This document shows, one piece after another, positions 61,023 through 64,000 of a stretch of DNA of 64,000 nucleotides. This stretch comes from Pavona decussata. Taxonomy: Eukaryota. The translations under genes and the position numbers were made by a program. Numbering within the stretch: position 1 is the stretch's first letter; each line of letters begins with the position of its first letter. The DNA lies in the NCBI GenBank assembly GCA_977016875.1, contig CDRNST010000093.1, forward strand, positions 6,448,001 through 6,512,000. Reading direction: 5' to 3'. The notes beneath the pieces were generated by a model. That model saw only the letters and a list, made by a program, of their open reading frames with translations. It searched no databases and had not been told where the DNA came from.

Positions 61023-62005
61023 TTAGTCATTGACACCGACGCAGTAAGCATCGTATCGCGTGCCTTTGTCATGCGCATTGCGGTTCAGGCCATTGCGTAA
61101 GCAACCAACAATTTTTTCTTGCATCGGAACAACTGTAACTTCGTCAACCAACCAGCCATAACTGCAACAGTTACAAAAAAGATTATTAAATATTCAAGCA
61201 CGCAACCGTGGACGATAGTCCAAGAATTATAAACGGCTTAAACTCGACCGCGCGTCGTTTTATCAACCCCCTTCTCAGTGTTTGGAAATCGGATGAAACA
61301 CTTTAAAATTTCCTTGTGTTTGATATATTACTTCAAGTTATAGCTATCTGATTTGTTCTTCGTTAACTCACAATTTTGCCTCCGCGGAACAATGATACAC
61401 AGAAGAATGAGAAAAGTTTCGATTAAAAACTATTTTCGACAAAAGATTATTTTCATGATTACTGTAAAACCGCATCTGTTTTACCAAATGTGGTTCCCAT
61501 GCTTTTATCTGCAGGGAATTGCGCGTTCATTCTTCACTGAGCCATGAAAGAAGGGTATCAGCCATTTTTTACTCCCAGTAAATATACGGAATAAGGGAAG
61601 TGATTGATATTGATTGATATGCTCTAGTGAAACGAATCTTCAAGTGCCCCTTACATGCTCAACTTACCTTGTACTCGAAGTGACTCGTAATCACTGTGTT
61701 TGTGCAGATTCATCGGAGACCTTTTCGTATCTGAAGCGCTGGGCTCGCGTAAAAACGTTGTGTTTCTTGATGGGATGGCTCTAAAGTTGAAGGAAAGACA
61801 ACTATTATTCCTCAAACAATGTTGACCACAGATCAGCGAGCTCTCCACGGAATGCATCGATAGCACGTGATCGAATAGCACGGATCCCGGAATGATTGAA
61901 AAATAACTGTATCTAACAACTTGAGTAAAAACTAAAACCAGAAAAAATCCATTTTAGAGATATTAACATAGGACCAGTACCTGTTAAAAGCATGGCTTTT
62001 TTCAT
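61023..62005 (-). pseudogene. PAN-Link paralogue B' pseudogene
   Basis: Exon 1 (62005-61668) has two +1 frameshifts and a PAN Cys-to-Arg change. Exons 2-3 are deleted (junction near 61219). Exon 4 (61161-61023) is still open. Confidence 0.85.
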
Positions 62006-63717
62006 TTATCCGGCTGTGCTTGCCCTTCTCAGTACTCAAACATCAAAAGATGAAAGACTGTCCATCACGATCGTCCCGATTGTAAAAATACTGTTATTAT
62101 AACAGTTTGTTGTGACATTGGATTGTTGTTTTTTTAGCAAGCTGGGAATCGGTTGTCATTAGCTTTCACCTAAGTTCTCCTGAAAAGTAAGCGAAGAAAA
62201 CCTGCCAGATATTTGTGTAACATTTGGTGTGGAATCATAAGTTTTATTGCATAGACGGCCCAAACACACATTCACATAACTGGCATTATCCTTTTACAGA
62301 CTTTGCATGGAAAATTCACTTCAGTTGTCATAAAATACTAGCAGTAAACAAAGATTAGAGGAGTACATTTTACACCTAATGAATTGGACAAATTCAGCTA
62401 TGGCGAGCCATTTCCAGTGTGGCTCAGTTTCATTTCTATATCTCAAGTAAAATTGCCCCTTGCATTTTACCAAACTTTATTCAATTAGTTACACAAGTTA
62501 TGAAAATTCCAAATTGATAGTACGCTGCTGGTACTTGTTGAATAAAAAAGCAGTGCGGGGGCTAAAACATCTTTTCCATAACCAAGCCTTCGCGGTTTTC
62601 GGGATTACTTAGCCTGCTGGGATTTTGCACGCCTTGTGGTCCTAGTATTTTCTTTGTCTCAGTATGTACCCGCTAATCGAGGCTCCGTAACTGGTGTCCT
62701 AACTCGGGAAATTTGTTTGTATTTTAAATTTAATGTTTTCATTCGTCCAGAAGCCCTTCAAGCTAATCACGCCAAGCCGACCACATACTGGCACCGAGGG
62801 GGGTGGTCACAGCCACGGTTCGTTACGTCATCAGCGTTGGACGCGTTATCTCTATGGCAACAAACAATTTTTGTGTCAAAGTTATTGTCAATAGACGAAG
62901 TCATTAAACTAATGGAATTTTTTGCCATAGAAAACTCCGGTCATTGGCAATAAAGAAAATATAGCACCATCTTCACTCAAAAATGCGAAAAAGGAAAAGT
63001 TTCTTTAGGTAATTCCTTTAAGACTTGAAATCTGAAATACTGTTCCAAAATTTGATAGACATAATTGGACCGAGAATGACACAACCTTGTTTTTAATTTT
63101 TTGTACATTTATGTCACCATAGAACTCTGTCAAGGTCTGCAATACGAAATTACAATGAATGGAAAATTAAAGGAGTGTTGCATCTACATCACACTAATAT
63201 CACCTGGTGTATTAAGTTCACATTTTATAATTGTTTTTCAGAGATCAAATTCGACATTTAATTCCTTTTGTTAAATGGAAACAAAAAAAATTATGAGAAA
63301 GTATCGAAACAAGGAAAGAGAATGGAAAATATTAGTCTGCAAAGTTTTCAAATGAGTATGTCAAAAGAATTCGATGACTGACACGGAAAGGTTTAATTTC
63401 GTGTATCACAAAGGATGCCCTTAAAAGCTACCCAGAAAGATATTCTTTGGGTAGGAATGGGTAGTTATTAATGTTAATCGAAACACCTGCTACTTAGAAA
63501 TTTCCTGAGGTGAAGGAGTTGACAGTTTTGCAATTTCTGTGGTGTAAAATTACGTTGAAATTAAAAAGGGTGTCCTATCACAGAATAAAACAAGTCACTA
63601 TTTTCCTTTTTTTAAAGCTTATTATCTATAAACATGAAACCGTATTGGAAGATGAACATTCGGTCAAAATATCCCACCACGTCAATAAGACTCACTAAAG
63701 CAGTGACAAGAAAGAAG

Positions 63718-64000
63718 ATGAATAGAAAAGCTCTCCTTTTAACAGTCGCCTCCATCCTGCTAATATCACGATATAATCTTCTCCTGGCTACTCATTTCGA
63801 CGATAATCAACGATCTGGTTATTTCTTCAGCTTTCCGGGCTCCGCGCTTCTCGGCCACGTTCTGACCACTCATTACGTGCAAAGCTCTCTGATCTGTGGC
63901 CATTTGTGTCTGAGGAATGAGAGATGCCTTTCGTTCAACTTTGGAAACATTCCAAAAGAAATGAAGTTCTTATGCGAGCTAAGCAGTTCTGATGCGAAAC
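63718..64000 (+). CDS. PAN-Link paralogue A', exon 1 (truncated by window edge)
   Basis: MNRKALLLTVASILLISRYNLLLATHFDD..ICGHLCLRNERCLSFNF..FLCELSSSDAK is open to the edge, with 5 amino-acid changes vs paralogue A. Confidence 0.8.
   Translation, partial: MNRKALLLTVASILLISRYNLLLATHFDDNQRSGYFFSFPGSALLGHVLTTHYVQSSLICGHLCLRNERCLSFNFGNIPKEMKFLCELSSSDAK

Larger units (their letters stand above)
59300..64000. repeat. Right arm of the inverted segmental duplication (continues past the window)
   Basis: Reverse complement of 40740-48185, lacking about 1.95 kb (44345-46288) and about 0.75 kb (41350-42145). Confidence 0.92.

Overview
Intron-rich, AT-rich animal genomic DNA. The repeat families and domain mosaics look anthozoan (stony-coral-like); that assignment is inference. 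Exons were assembled by hand from GT-AG sites and phase checks. The window is a cluster of secreted multidomain genes punctuated by four identical tRNA-Pro(AGG) genes in alternating orientation (-,+,-,+). (1) A 19-coding-exon, about 927-aa gene (11510-31838,+) encodes signal peptide, 3 cbEGF, 2 sushi, 2 HYR, sushi, and ephrin-receptor-like Cys repeats interleaved with 2 Ig domains. (2) A head-to-head pair of 4-exon paralogues (37084-41022,-; 43550-46483,+) encodes small secreted PAN/apple + Link-module proteins, the most unusual architecture here. (3) A minus-strand gene (48724-59426) encodes signal peptide, PLAT/LH2, 5 EGF and F5/8C discoidin. (4) A large inverted segmental duplication (about 40740-48185 vs 59300-64000+) brackets gene 3. 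It yields a pseudogenised PAN-Link copy, a so-far-intact PAN-Link copy, and an orphan promoter/exon-1 copy pointing antisense at the 3' end of gene 3. Introns carry Penelope-type minimal hammerhead ribozyme motifs, Harbinger/MADF elements, MITEs, SINEs and hAT and LINE fragments. There is one 238-N assembly gap.
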